NCBI GenBank assembly: GCA_963813335.1
Contig: CAWEYL010000001.1
Coordinates: forward strand, 448,001 to 512,000
Source: an uncultured Chloroflexia bacterium
GTDB taxonomy: Bacteria > Chloroflexota > Limnocylindria > Limnocylindrales > CSP1-4
Length of the DNA stretch: 64,000 nucleotides
Direction of reading: 5' to 3'
How positions within the stretch are numbered: position 1 is the first letter of the stretch; each line of letters starts with the position of its first letter. Positions 30,096 through 41,519 of the stretch are shown piece after piece. The notes beneath the pieces are model-generated. The model did no database searches. It was not told the DNA's origin and saw only the letters and a list, made by a program, of their open reading frames with translations. The position numbers and the translations under genes are program-made.

Positions 30096-31139
30096 ATGAG
30101 GGCGTGGCGCGAGCCGCCCGAGGACCCCGCGGCGACGGCGCACGCCGAGACCGAAGCCGCCCTCGAGGCGTCCGGCATCGACCTCGACCCCACTCCGCCG
30201 GGCGTTCACCGGCATGGTGACGACGTCCACGAGAGCGACCACCAGCACCCCCATCGGCACGCCGAGCCGGGCGAGCCGCCGGTCATCGGGATCATCGGCG
30301 CGGGCGCCGTCGGGACGGCCCTCGGCGTCGCGCTGAGCCGCGCCGGCTGGCCGGTCCAGGCCGTCGCCAGCCGCAGCGCCGCCAACCGCGAGCGGTTCCG
30401 CGCGACGGTCGACGGCGTCCGGGCCTTCGCCGAGCCGCAGGCGCTCCTCGACGACGTCGAGCTGATCATCGTGGCCGTCCCCGACGACGCGATCGCGCCG
30501 CTCGCGGGGACGATCCGGATGTACAGCGGCCAGGCCATGGTCCACACCAGCGGCGCGCTCGACGCGGACGTCCTCGCGCCGGCGCAGGCGGCCGGCACGC
30601 AGGTCGGCGCCTTCCATCCGCTGGTCGCCTTCGCCGACACGGAGCGGGCGGTCGCCGCGCTCCACGGCGCCACCGTGGCCATCGAGGCCGACGACCAGCT
30701 CGCCGCGCTCCTCGCCGACATGGCCGAGGCCATCGGCGCCCGGCCCGTCCGGCTGGCGCCGGGCTCGAAGGCGGCGTACCACGCCGCCGCGGTCCTGGCG
30801 GCGGGCGGCTTCGTCGCGCTGCTCGACGCGATCGCGACGCTCGGCCGGGTGGCCGGGCTGGACGAAGCCGGCTCGCTCGCCATCTACGGGCCGCTCATCG
30901 AGGGGACGCTGGGGAACGCGCGCGCCCTCGGGATCGCCGCGGCCCTGACCGGGCCGATCGCCCGGGGCGACCTCGGGACACTCGACGCCCACCTCGCGGC
31001 GCTCCGCGCCGACGCGCCCGGCGCCCTGCCGCTCTACCGGGCGCTCGCGGAGCGCGAGGTGGACCTGGCCCTCTCCCGTGGCACGCTGGCAACGGAGCAA
31101 GCCGCCGCCGTGCGGGCCGCTCTTGCAAGGCAGGACTGA
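30096..31139 (+). CDS. Rossmann-like + DUF2520 oxidoreductase (PanG-like)
   Basis: IIGAGAVG, AVPDDAI, HTSGA, FHPL, YHAAAV, LTGPIARGD. Start uncertain. Confidence 0.9.
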   Translation: MRAWREPPEDPAATAHAETEAALEASGIDLDPTPPGVHRHGDDVHESDHQHPHRHAEPGEPPVIGIIGAGAVGTALGVALSRAGWPVQAVASRSAANRERFRATVDGVRAFAEPQALLDDVELIIVAVPDDAIAPLAGTIRMYSGQAMVHTSGALDADVLAPAQAAGTQVGAFHPLVAFADTERAVAALHGATVAIEADDQLAALLADMAEAIGARPVRLAPGSKAAYHAAAVLAAGGFVALLDAIATLGRVAGLDEAGSLAIYGPLIEGTLGNARALGIAAALTGPIARGDLGTLDAHLAALRADAPGALPLYRALAEREVDLALSRGTLATEQAAAVRAALARQD

Positions 31140-31157
31140 ACCGGTACTATGGGCTCG

Positions 31158-31478
31158 ATGGATCACAGCATCGCCGCCAAGTACGCGGCCCGGCCCGCGG
31201 CCCAGTTCGTCCGTGCCTCGGCCCGGGCGCGGGAGCGGCGGATGGGCCTCGTATCCGCGACCGCCTTCCGACCGGCCGTCACCACCGCGACCGTCCTGCG
31301 CCGCCCCGACGTGGCGCCGCTGACGAGCCTGCGCGGCCGCTGGCGCTCGATCCGCCCGGCCGGTCCGCGGCCGTCGAGCGGCCGCCCCCATCACGCGGTC
31401 GTCATGCACTGGACCCGCTCCGAGCGGTCCGCGGCGACCCGGCGTCCCAGCGCCGCCTCGGCGCCGTGGCGCGGCTGA
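31158..31478 (+). CDS. Hypothetical Arg/Ala-rich protein, probably leaderless
   Basis: TACTAT 31145-31150 is 7 nt before ATG 31158; ORF fills the gap and overlaps the NUDIX start. Confidence 0.5.
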   Translation: MDHSIAAKYAARPAAQFVRASARARERRMGLVSATAFRPAVTTATVLRRPDVAPLTSLRGRWRSIRPAGPRPSSGRPHHAVVMHWTRSERSAATRRPSAASAPWRG

Positions 31479-31936
31479 GGACCTCGACCGCCACTTCCGC
31501 CGGCGGGGTCGTCGTTCGTCACGAGGCTGGCCAGCCGTTCCTCGTCGTGGGCTGCCGCCGGCGCGAGCGCGACGGGCGCACGTGGACGCTCCCCAAGGGC
31601 ACGCCCAAGAGCGGTGAGACCACCGAGGAGACCGCGATCCGCGAGGTGACCGAGGAGACCGGCCTCAAGGTGCGGATCACCGGCCCGCTCGATTCGATCG
31701 AGTACTTCTTCGTCCAGTCGGGGACCCGGATCCACAAGACGGTCCACTATTTCATGATGGAGCCCACTGGTGGCGACCTCGCCGACCACGACCACGAGTT
31801 CGAGCAGGTCCGCTGGATCCCGTTCACGGACGCGCCCTCGGTGCTGACCTTCGAGACGGAGCGCGCGCTCGTCAGCCGGGCGGCGGAGGTCGTGGCCGGG
31901 TCCGCCCCCGACGGCGTCCCGGCGGACGCCTCGTGA
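31466..31936 (+). CDS. NUDIX hydrolase
   Basis: Nudix box WTLPKG..GETTEETAIREVTEETG. Confidence 0.92.
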   Translation: MARLRTSTATSAGGVVVRHEAGQPFLVVGCRRRERDGRTWTLPKGTPKSGETTEETAIREVTEETGLKVRITGPLDSIEYFFVQSGTRIHKTVHYFMMEPTGGDLADHDHEFEQVRWIPFTDAPSVLTFETERALVSRAAEVVAGSAPDGVPADAS

Positions 31937-33042
31937 CCGAGCCGGAGGCGCCCCGCCAGACCCCGCTCCAGGACCGCCACGTCGCGCTCGGGGCCCGGTT
32001 GATCGAGTTCAGCGGCTGGCTCATGCCCGTCCAGTACGGCTCGATCCTCGAGGAGCACAAGGCCGTCCGCGAGCGCGCCGGGCTGTTCGACCTGTCGCAC
32101 ATGGGCGAGCTGTTCGTCGAAGGCCCGGAGGCGGGCGCCGGGCTCGCCGCAGCCCTCGTCACGGACCCGCCGTCGCTGGCCGTCGGCCGTGCCCACTACT
32201 CGATGATCTGCGCGCCCGACGGCGGCGTCATCGATGACCTGATCGTCTACCGCCTCGCCGACGACCGGTTCCTCGTCGTGGCCAACGCCGGCAATGCGGA
32301 GGTCGTGTCCGATGCCCTCGCCCAACGCCTCGACGGGTTCAAGGCGCTCCTCGACGACCGCTCCCTCGCGACCGGGCTGGTCGCGGTCCAGGGGCCGCGC
32401 TCGCGCGAGATCCTGGCGCCGCTGACCGACGTCGACCTCGCCGGCCTGCGCTACTACGCGATCGCCGAGGGCTCGGTCGCCGGGATCCCGGCGCTGGTCG
32501 CCCGGACCGGCTACACCGGCGAGGACGGCTTCGAGGTGTTCGTCGAGACCGCCCGGACCGGGGAGCTGTGGGACGCGCTGCTCGAGGGAGTGCGCGCTGC
32601 CGATGGCGTCCCGGTCGGGCTCGGCGCCCGCGATACCCTCCGGCTCGAGGCGGGGATGCCGCTCTACGGCAACGAGCTGGACCTCGAGACCACGCCCTTC
32701 GACGCCAACCTCGCGCGGGTCGTCAAGCTCGGCAAGGCGGGCGACTTCGTGGGCCGGGCGGCGCTCGAGCGGATCGCGACCGAGGGGCCGTCCAAGCGAC
32801 TCGTCGGCCTGGTCGTCGAGGGCCGCGGGATCGCCCGCCACGGCTACGCGGTCCACGTCGGCGACCGGCGGACCGGGGTCATCACCAGCGGGACGCAGTC
32901 GCCGACCCTCGGGGTCCCGATCGCGATGGCCTACGTCGCGCCGGGGGATTCGCAGACGGGTACCATGGTCGACGTGGAGGTCCGCGACGCGCGGATCCCC
33001 GCGAGGGTCGTGGACCTGCCGTTCTACCGCCGCCCGGCCTAG
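31933..33042 (+). CDS. gcvT: Glycine cleavage T protein
   Basis: FSGWLMPVQY, DLSHMG, RTGYTGEDGFE, RDTLRLEAG. Confidence 0.97.
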   Translation: MTEPEAPRQTPLQDRHVALGARLIEFSGWLMPVQYGSILEEHKAVRERAGLFDLSHMGELFVEGPEAGAGLAAALVTDPPSLAVGRAHYSMICAPDGGVIDDLIVYRLADDRFLVVANAGNAEVVSDALAQRLDGFKALLDDRSLATGLVAVQGPRSREILAPLTDVDLAGLRYYAIAEGSVAGIPALVARTGYTGEDGFEVFVETARTGELWDALLEGVRAADGVPVGLGARDTLRLEAGMPLYGNELDLETTPFDANLARVVKLGKAGDFVGRAALERIATEGPSKRLVGLVVEGRGIARHGYAVHVGDRRTGVITSGTQSPTLGVPIAMAYVAPGDSQTGTMVDVEVRDARIPARVVDLPFYRRPA

Positions 33043-33109
33043 GTCCGGGCGCCGATCCGACGCTGGTCGCCTGCGGCATCGCGCCGCGCCAGGAGGAGGT
33101 ACGCCCGCG

Positions 33110-33490
33110 ATGGTCCCCGATGACCGGCGCTACACCCAGGACCATGAGTGGGTCCGCCTCGACGGCGACGAGGCGATCGTCGGCATCACGGCCTACGCGG
33201 CCGAGCAGCTGGGCGACATCGTCTTCGTGGAGCTGCCGGCGGTCGGCCGGAGCCTGGAGGCCGCCGGGACGTTCGGCGTGGTCGAATCCGTCAAGGCCGT
33301 CAGCGACCTCTTCGCCCCGGTCGGTGGTGAGGTGACGGCCATCAACGATGCGCTCGGCGGCAGCCCGGAGCTGGTCAACAGCGACCCGTACGATGGGGGC
33401 TGGATGATCCGCGTCAAGGTCGCCGATGCCGGCGCGCTCGACGACCTGCTCGACGCGGCCGCCTACGACGCGCTCATCGCCGCGGGCTGA
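33110..33490 (+). CDS. gcvH: Glycine cleavage H protein
   Basis: HEW, ESVKAVS (lipoyl Lys), NSDPY..GW. Confidence 0.97.
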   Translation: MVPDDRRYTQDHEWVRLDGDEAIVGITAYAAEQLGDIVFVELPAVGRSLEAAGTFGVVESVKAVSDLFAPVGGEVTAINDALGGSPELVNSDPYDGGWMIRVKVADAGALDDLLDAAAYDALIAAG

Positions 33491-33498
33491 CGGCCGAG

Positions 33499-34914
33499 AT
33501 GCCCTACGGTCCCCATACCGGCGCCGATCGGGCGCGGATGCTCGAGGCCATCGGCATCGGATCGGTCGACGAGCTCTTCGCCGACATCCCCGAGGGACTC
33601 CGCGCGTCCCGCCTGGACCTGCCACCGCCCGAGCCGGAGCTCGAGCTGGCGGCGCGCCTGACCGCGCTGGCCGGCCGCAACCGGACCGACCTGGTCTCGT
33701 TCCTGGGCGCCGGCGTCTACCGTCACTGGAGCCCGCCCGCGGTCGACCAACTCCTGCTGCGCGGCGAGTGGTACACGGCGTATACGCCCTACCAGCCCGA
33801 GGTGAGCCAGGGCACGCTGCAGAGCATCTATGAGTACGAATCGCTGATGGCCGAGCTGGTCGACCTCGACGTCGTGTCGGCCTCGCACTACGACGGCGCG
33901 GCGGCCACGGCGGAGGCCGCGCTCATGACCTGCCGGGCGACCCGCCGCGAGCGCGTCCTGGTGAGCCGCGGGGTCCATCCGCACTACCGCGGGACGCTGC
34001 GGACCTACTTCGGCGGCGGCCTCGAGCTCGACGAGATCCCCCTGGTCGCCGACGGCCCGGCGGCCGGGACCACCGACCTCGAGGCCCTGGCGCGGATGCT
34101 CGCCGAGCCGGACCGGCCGGTCGCCGGCGTCGTGGTGGCGCAGCCCGACTTCCTCGGCCTCCTCGAGCCCATGCCCGCGATCGGCGAGCTCGCCCACGCG
34201 GCCGGCGCGCTCTTCGTGGCGGTCATCGAGCCGGTCAGCCTGGCGGTCCTGGCGCCGCCGGGCGCGTACGGCGCCGATATTGCGGCAGGGGAGGGCCAGC
34301 CGCTCGGGATCGCGCCGCAGTACGGCGGCCCGTACCTCGGGATCCTCGCCTCCACCGACGCCCTCGTCCGCCAGATCCCCGGCCGGCTCGTCGGCATGAC
34401 CACGGACCTCGAGGGCCAGCGGGCATTCGTGATGACGATGCGCGCACGCGAGCAGGACATCCGCCGCGACAAGGCGGCCAGCAACATCTGCACGAACCAG
34501 GCCCTGCTGGCGCTGGCCGCCTCGATCTACCTCGCGGTCATCGGCCCGCACGGCCTGCGCGACGTGGCCGCCGGCGGCGCCGCGCGGGCGGCCGAGCTCG
34601 AGGCGGCCCTCGCGGCCGTCGGGGCGAAGCGGCTCCACCCAGGCCCGTACCTCAACGAGTTCGCGGTCCGGGTCCCCGACGCCCCGGCCGTGCACCGGCG
34701 GCTGCTCGACCACGGCATCCTCGCCGGGCTCGTCCTCGCCGAGGCGGTCCCCGACGACCCGTCGCTCGCCGACGGCCTGCTCGTCTGCGCGACCGAGGTG
34801 ACCACGAGCGCCGAGATCACGCGCTTCGCGGATGCGCTCGGCGACGTCCTCCAGGGCCGGCCGCCCATCGGCGTCGAGGCCGGCGCCGGGACCGTGGCCG
34901 GGATCAGCCGATGA
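33499..34914 (+). CDS. gcvPA: Glycine dehydrogenase subunit 1
   Basis: YTPYQPEVSQG, REQDIRRDKAASNICTN. Confidence 0.96.
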   Translation: MPYGPHTGADRARMLEAIGIGSVDELFADIPEGLRASRLDLPPPEPELELAARLTALAGRNRTDLVSFLGAGVYRHWSPPAVDQLLLRGEWYTAYTPYQPEVSQGTLQSIYEYESLMAELVDLDVVSASHYDGAAATAEAALMTCRATRRERVLVSRGVHPHYRGTLRTYFGGGLELDEIPLVADGPAAGTTDLEALARMLAEPDRPVAGVVVAQPDFLGLLEPMPAIGELAHAAGALFVAVIEPVSLAVLAPPGAYGADIAAGEGQPLGIAPQYGGPYLGILASTDALVRQIPGRLVGMTTDLEGQRAFVMTMRAREQDIRRDKAASNICTNQALLALAASIYLAVIGPHGLRDVAAGGAARAAELEAALAAVGAKRLHPGPYLNEFAVRVPDAPAVHRRLLDHGILAGLVLAEAVPDDPSLADGLLVCATEVTTSAEITRFADALGDVLQGRPPIGVEAGAGTVAGISR

Positions 34915-36410
34915 GCGTCACCGGCCCCCGCCTGCAGCCGACCCTGTTCGAGCGCGGCCGTCCCGGGCGCGGCGGCGGCAAGATCCCGCACCCGCCCAAG
35001 GACGCGCTGGACCGCATCCCGGCGGCCGCGCTGCGGACCGACGCGCCGGCGCTGCCGGAGATGAACGAGCCCGACGTGGTCCGCCACTACGTGAACCTCT
35101 CGCAGCTCAACTTCGCCGTCGATACCGGGTTCTACCCGCTCGGCTCGTGCACGATGAAGTTCAACCCGAAGCTCAACGAGTGGGCCGCGCGCCTGCCCGG
35201 CTTCGCCAACCTCCATCCGCTCACCCCCGACGCCGCATCGCAGGGGACGCTCCAGCTCCTGTGGGAGCTCGAGGGTGCTCTCGCCGAGATCTCCGGCATG
35301 CGGGCCGTCAGCCTCCAGCCGGCGGCGGGGGCGCAGGGCGAGCTGACCGGCATCCTGATGATCCGCGCGTACCACCGCGCGCGCGGCGACACCGATCGCG
35401 ACGAGGTGCTGGTCCCGGACAGCTCGCACGGCACCAACCCGGCGACCGCGTCGATGGCCGGGTTCAAGACCATCACGGTCCCGTCCGCCGCAGACGGCGG
35501 CGTCGACGTCGAGGCGTTCCGCGCCGCGCTCGGCCCGCGGACGGCCGCCGTGATGATCACCAACCCCTCGACCCTCGGCCTGTTCGAGGCGCGCATCGGC
35601 GAGCTGCTCGACGCGGTCCATGCGGCCGGCGCCCTCGCCTACATGGACGGCGCCAACCTCAATGCGATCCTCGGCCGCTTCCGGCCCGGCGAGGCCGGCT
35701 TCGACGTCATGCACTTCAACGTCCACAAGACGTTCAGCACCCCCCACGGCGGCGGCGGCCCGGGGGCCGGGCCCGTCGGCGTCGGCGAGCGCCTGATCCC
35801 ATACCTCCCGACGCCGCGCGTCCTGCGCGAGGACGACGGCACGTACCGCCTCGAGCGCGAGGGCGAGCGGCCCACGTCGATCGGGCGCCTGCGCAGCTTC
35901 GTCGGCAACACCGGAGTCCTCGTGCGCGCGTACGCGTACATCCGGGCGCACGGCGGGACGGGCCTCGCCGAGGTCAGCGACGACGCGGTCCTCGCGGCCA
36001 ACTACCTCAAGCACCGGCTGGCGGCGACCTTCGACATCCCGTACGACCGGCCGTGCAAGCACGAGTTCGTGGCGTCCGCGACGTCCGTGAAGAAGCGCAC
36101 CGGGGTGCGGACCCTGGATATCGCCAAGCGGCTCATCGACCACGGCTTCCATCCGCCGACCATCTACTTCCCGCTCATCGTCGACGAGGGGATGCTGATC
36201 GAGCCGACCGAGACCGAATCGGTGGAGACGCTCGACGCCTTCGCCGACGCGCTGGCCGCGATCGTGGAGGAGGCCGACCGCGATCCGGCGATGGTCACGG
36301 GAGCCCCGCACACCGCGCCGGTCCGCCGCCTCGACGAGGCGACCGCCGCACGGCAGCCGAACCTGCGCTGGCGCCCGATGACCGGTGTCCAGACCCCCTG
36401 CCCGGACTGA
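34911..36410 (+). CDS. gcvPB: Glycine dehydrogenase subunit 2
   Basis: PLGSCTMK, HGTNPA, HKTFSTPHGGGGPG. Confidence 0.96.
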   Translation: MSVTGPRLQPTLFERGRPGRGGGKIPHPPKDALDRIPAAALRTDAPALPEMNEPDVVRHYVNLSQLNFAVDTGFYPLGSCTMKFNPKLNEWAARLPGFANLHPLTPDAASQGTLQLLWELEGALAEISGMRAVSLQPAAGAQGELTGILMIRAYHRARGDTDRDEVLVPDSSHGTNPATASMAGFKTITVPSAADGGVDVEAFRAALGPRTAAVMITNPSTLGLFEARIGELLDAVHAAGALAYMDGANLNAILGRFRPGEAGFDVMHFNVHKTFSTPHGGGGPGAGPVGVGERLIPYLPTPRVLREDDGTYRLEREGERPTSIGRLRSFVGNTGVLVRAYAYIRAHGGTGLAEVSDDAVLAANYLKHRLAATFDIPYDRPCKHEFVASATSVKKRTGVRTLDIAKRLIDHGFHPPTIYFPLIVDEGMLIEPTETESVETLDAFADALAAIVEEADRDPAMVTGAPHTAPVRRLDEATAARQPNLRWRPMTGVQTPCPD

Positions 36411-36435
36411 CGCCGACGTCCGCGCCCGCCGCCAT

Positions 36436-36488
36436 ACGAACGTTCGTTAGGTAGAGGTTGACAGCCCCTCGGGCGCTGTGGATAGTAC
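36436..36488 (+). promoter_or_regulatory. opp promoter with palindromic operator candidate
   Basis: Palindrome ACGAACGTTCGT 36436-36447; TTGACA 36458-36463; -10-like GATAGT at 36481. Confidence 0.6.
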
Positions 36489-36662
36489 CGGCAGCGCACC
36501 GACCCGAACCGTGCTGCCGCCTCGGCTCGCCCTGAAACCCGATCGAGTGGGAGTCTCGACCCGGTTCAAGAGCGGGACCTACCAGGCGGACTTGCGAAAA
36601 GGCATGGGAACGGTCGTGTCTGCGGGAGACTTTCGGGTATCCACCCGTTCGGAGGACAGTTG

Positions 36663-38387
36663 ATGCACAAACGACTACTCGGCCTGCTCGCGGCCGGCGT
36701 GATGATCGTGACCGCCTGTGGCGGCGCGACCAGCAGCGCCTCGCCAGCGGCCTCGACGCCCGCGGCGTCCGCCCCGGCTTCGGAAACGCCCTCGGCCTCG
36801 CCGAGCGCGGACGCGAACCTGGCGGACGTCCAGTCGCTGCGGGTCACCCTCGGCAACGAGGACCCCGACACGCTCGACCCCAGCAAGGCGTCGACCAGCA
36901 CGGACATCGGTGTCCTGCATGCCCTGAACCGGGGCCTCATCTATTTCGACAAGGACCTCAACCCGGTCCCGTCGCTGGCCACCGAGCTCCCCAAGATCTC
37001 GGCTGACGGCCTGAGCTACACGTTCACCCTTCGCGACGCGAAGTACAGCAATGGCGACCCGATCGTCGCCGGCGACCTCGTCTTCGCCTGGCAGCGCCTC
37101 GCCGACCCGCGCACCGCCTCGACCTACCAGGCCTTCCTGGAGCCGGTCGTCGGCGCCGCGGACCTCATCAAGATGACCGGCGCCAAGCCGGCCCCGACGG
37201 ATGCGGCCATCGATGCGGCCCTCGCCAAGCTCGGCGTCGCCGCTCCCGACGACAAGACCTTCACGATCACGCTGGCCCACCCGGCCGCGTACTTCCTGGA
37301 CATCGTCGCCCTCTGGGGCGCCGCGCCGATCCAGAAGAAGTGGGTCGAGACCCCCAACTTCACCGAGGCTGCGAACTTCGTCAGCTCGGGCCCGTTCATG
37401 ATGAAGTCCTGGACCCACCAGTCCGAGATCGTCGTCGTGCCGAACCCGAACTGGTACGGCCAGAAGCCGACCCTCCAGGAGATCCACTTCTCCATCGGCG
37501 GCGATCCCACGGCGAACCAGGCCTCCTTCGAGGCCGGCGAGCTCGACATGCTGGCGGCCAACCCGCCTGACGTGCCGCGGATCACGGCCGACGCCGAGCT
37601 TGGCCCGCTTGTCACCAAGCAGCCCGTGCTCGTCTTCGACTACTGGGGCTTCGACTGCACCAAGGGCCCGACGGCGAACAAGCACTTCCGTCGCGCGCTC
37701 TCGATGGCGATCGACAAGGACACCATGATGGCCACCGTCTACGGCGGCCAGGGTGTCGTCGCCGGTAGCCCGATCCCGCCCGGCATGCCGGGCCACCAGG
37801 CCGACATCGGACTCAAGTACGACGTCGCCGGCGCGCAGGCCGAACTTGCGACCGCGCTCACCGAGCTCGGCTACAAGGACGTCAGCGAGGTCCCGACCCT
37901 GTCCTTCGGCTTCAACACGGACGCCGGTCACGAGATCACGTCCGCGTACATGCAGGAGCAGTGGAGCAAGAACCTGGGCGTCAAGAGCGAGCTCAAGGGC
38001 GAGACGTTCGACCAGTTCGTCGTCGACCGCCCGAAGAACGTGTTCTCGATCGCCCGGAACGCCTGGGGCGCGGACTACCCGCACCCGGACAACTTCCTCC
38101 GAGCGCTGTTCCAGAGCGAGAGCGGCAACAACGACGAGGGGTACAAGAGCCCCGAGTTCGACGCCCTCGTCGCCCAGGCCGGCGCTGAGCCGGACGCGGC
38201 CAAGTCCATCGCCCTGTACAACCAGGCCCAGGAGCTCCTCGTGGACGACGCCCCGGCGGTCTTCACCCGCTGGCGCATCAGCAACTACGAGATCCGCCCG
38301 TGGGTCCAGGGTGTCATCGGCACCGGACAGGACTCGGTCGTCATCGGCGACCTGTTCTACGAGAACATCTCGATCGCAAAGCACTAA
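36663..38387 (+). CDS. oppA: Oligopeptide ABC substrate-binding lipoprotein
   Basis: Lipobox VTAC; family-5 SBP TLDP..YTFTLR..GPF..WGADYPHP. Confidence 0.93.
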   Translation: MHKRLLGLLAAGVMIVTACGGATSSASPAASTPAASAPASETPSASPSADANLADVQSLRVTLGNEDPDTLDPSKASTSTDIGVLHALNRGLIYFDKDLNPVPSLATELPKISADGLSYTFTLRDAKYSNGDPIVAGDLVFAWQRLADPRTASTYQAFLEPVVGAADLIKMTGAKPAPTDAAIDAALAKLGVAAPDDKTFTITLAHPAAYFLDIVALWGAAPIQKKWVETPNFTEAANFVSSGPFMMKSWTHQSEIVVVPNPNWYGQKPTLQEIHFSIGGDPTANQASFEAGELDMLAANPPDVPRITADAELGPLVTKQPVLVFDYWGFDCTKGPTANKHFRRALSMAIDKDTMMATVYGGQGVVAGSPIPPGMPGHQADIGLKYDVAGAQAELATALTELGYKDVSEVPTLSFGFNTDAGHEITSAYMQEQWSKNLGVKSELKGETFDQFVVDRPKNVFSIARNAWGADYPHPDNFLRALFQSESGNNDEGYKSPEFDALVAQAGAEPDAAKSIALYNQAQELLVDDAPAVFTRWRISNYEIRPWVQGVIGTGQDSVVIGDLFYENISIAKH

Positions 38388-38407
38388 GAGCTCTCGGCTC
38401 TTGGTAC

Positions 38408-38445
38408 GTCTCGTGGGTGGGGCGCCTCGCGTCCCACCCCGCGAC
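38408..38445 (+). terminator. Intercistronic hairpin after oppA
   Basis: GGGTGGGGCG / CGTCCCACCC stem. Confidence 0.55.
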
Positions 38446-38540
38446 CCGGCCCCTACAGCGCTTCCGGCGTTGCAGGGCCCAGGCCGCGACCGGACCTCAC
38501 CGTCGGCCAAGTCGCGAAACCAGGACGATCGAGGAAGACG

Positions 38541-39458
38541 TTGACCAGGTACCTCATCCGTCGCCTGCTGTGGATCATCCCGGTCCTCTTCGCCGTCTCG
38601 CTCATCACCTTCACGCTGATGCACGCGGTTCCGGGCGGGCCGTGGGCGCGCGAGAAGGCGCTCCCGGCCAACGTGATCGCCGCCCTCAACGCCAAATACG
38701 GCCTGGATGACCCGATTCCCCTCCAGTACGTCCACTGGGTCGGCAATCTGCTCCAGGGCAACCTGGGCCCGTCCTACAAGTTCGTGGACCGCTCCGTCAA
38801 CGACATCGTCGGCGGGGGGCTCATGGTCACGATCCAGCTCGGGCTGATGGCCTTCGCGCTGGCGGTCCTGGTGGGCATCCCGCTGGGCATCTTCGCCGCC
38901 CTCGGCCACAACCGCTGGCCGGACTACCTCTCGACCGGCATCTCGATCATCGGGATCGCGATGCCCAGCTTCGTGCTCGCCATCCTGCTGATCCTCTTCT
39001 TCGGGGTGACCTTGCACGTCCTGCCCACCAAGGGCTGGAAAGGCCCGGAGACCTGGATCCTCCCGACGATCGCCCTCGCCGGGTTCCCGATCGCCGTGAT
39101 CGCGCGATACACCCGGGCGTCGATGCTCGAGGTGACCCGCAAGGACTACATCCGGACCGCGCAGAGCAAGGGCGTCGCCGACGGCAAGGTCGTGACCCGG
39201 CACATGATCCGCAACGCGCTCATCCCGGTCGTGACCATCCTTGGCCCGACGCTCGCGTTCCTTGTCACCGGCTCGTTCATCATCGAGACGATCTTCGCCA
39301 TCCCCGGGGTGGGGCGGTACTACATCACCTCGATCAGCCAGCACGACTACGGCGTGCTGATGGCGATGACGATCCTGTATGCCTTCGCGGTAGCCTTCCT
39401 CAACCTCGTGGTCGATGTGCTCTACGCCTACATCGACCCCCGTATCCGCTACAGCTAG
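38541..39458 (+). CDS. oppB: Oligopeptide ABC permease
   Basis: PGGP, DYIRTAQSKG, IDPRI. Confidence 0.93.
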   Translation: MTRYLIRRLLWIIPVLFAVSLITFTLMHAVPGGPWAREKALPANVIAALNAKYGLDDPIPLQYVHWVGNLLQGNLGPSYKFVDRSVNDIVGGGLMVTIQLGLMAFALAVLVGIPLGIFAALGHNRWPDYLSTGISIIGIAMPSFVLAILLILFFGVTLHVLPTKGWKGPETWILPTIALAGFPIAVIARYTRASMLEVTRKDYIRTAQSKGVADGKVVTRHMIRNALIPVVTILGPTLAFLVTGSFIIETIFAIPGVGRYYITSISQHDYGVLMAMTILYAFAVAFLNLVVDVLYAYIDPRIRYS

Positions 39459-39473
39459 GTAGGAGCGACGAGC

Positions 39474-40412
39474 ATGGCGACCCAGGCGGCCCAGGGGACC
39501 ATCGCGCGACCGCGAGCCTCGACGGGCCTGTGGCGGGAGGCCTTCGGCCGGCTCCGCAAGAACAAGCTGGCGATGGTCGGGCTGGTCTCGGTGATCACCC
39601 TGTTCATCGTCGCCATCGTCGGGCCGTACATCGCCCCGTACCCCTACACCGAGCAAGACCTGAAAGCGGTCGTGTCGAACGGCGGCCAGCCGCTGCCGCC
39701 GCTCACCGCCGGCCACATCCTGGGCACCGACCAGATCGGCCGCGACCTGCTGAGCCGGCTGCTCGACGGCGCGCGGATCAGCATGACCGTCGCGATCGTC
39801 GTCCAGATCGTGGTCCTGACCATCGGCGTGCCGCTCGGCGCCGCCGCCGGCTGGTTCGGCGGCCGCACCGACAACCTCCTGATGCGCTTCACCGACGTCA
39901 TCTACGCGTTCCCGGACCTGCTCTTCATCATCCTGCTGTCGGTCGTGTTCAAGGAGACCGCATTCGGCAAGGCGATGGACGGCCTTCTGCTCGTCTTCGT
40001 CGCCATCGGCCTGACCAGCTGGGTCACGGTCGCGCGGCTCGTGCGCGGGCAGATGCTGGCGCTCAAGGAGACCGAGTTCGTCGAAGCGGCCCGGGCGATC
40101 GGCGTCTCGGACAACAAGATCGTGACCCGCCACCTGCTGCCCAACGGGATGGGCCCGATCATCGTGGCGGTGACGCTCGGCATCCCGGCCGCGATCCTCG
40201 CCGAGGCGACCCTGGCCTACATCGGCGTCGGCGTCCAGGCGCCGCGGGCATCCTGGGGCAGCCTCGTGGCCGACGGCCAGAAGGTGATCCTCTCGTCACC
40301 GCACCTGGTGCTCTTCCCGGCCATCTGCATCGCGATCGCCCTGATCAGCTTCACCTTCCTCGGCGACGGCCTGCGCGACGCGCTGGATCCCAAGCTGAAG
40401 GGAAAGCAGTAG
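39474..40412 (+). CDS. oppC: Oligopeptide ABC permease
   Basis: [29 protein letters not shown]. Confidence 0.93.
   Translation: MATQAAQGTIARPRASTGLWREAFGRLRKNKLAMVGLVSVITLFIVAIVGPYIAPYPYTEQDLKAVVSNGGQPLPPLTAGHILGTDQIGRDLLSRLLDGARISMTVAIVVQIVVLTIGVPLGAAAGWFGGRTDNLLMRFTDVIYAFPDLLFIILLSVVFKETAFGKAMDGLLLVFVAIGLTSWVTVARLVRGQMLALKETEFVEAARAIGVSDNKIVTRHLLPNGMGPIIVAVTLGIPAAILAEATLAYIGVGVQAPRASWGSLVADGQKVILSSPHLVLFPAICIAIALISFTFLGDGLRDALDPKLKGKQ

Positions 40413-41515
<1,103 letters not shown>

Positions 41516-41519
<4 letters not shown>

Noticed and set aside
36436-36450. LexA (GAAC-N4-GTTC) box
   Set aside because: Reads GAAC-GTTC-GTTA. It fits a zero-spacer palindrome better, and an opp operon is not a typical SOS target.
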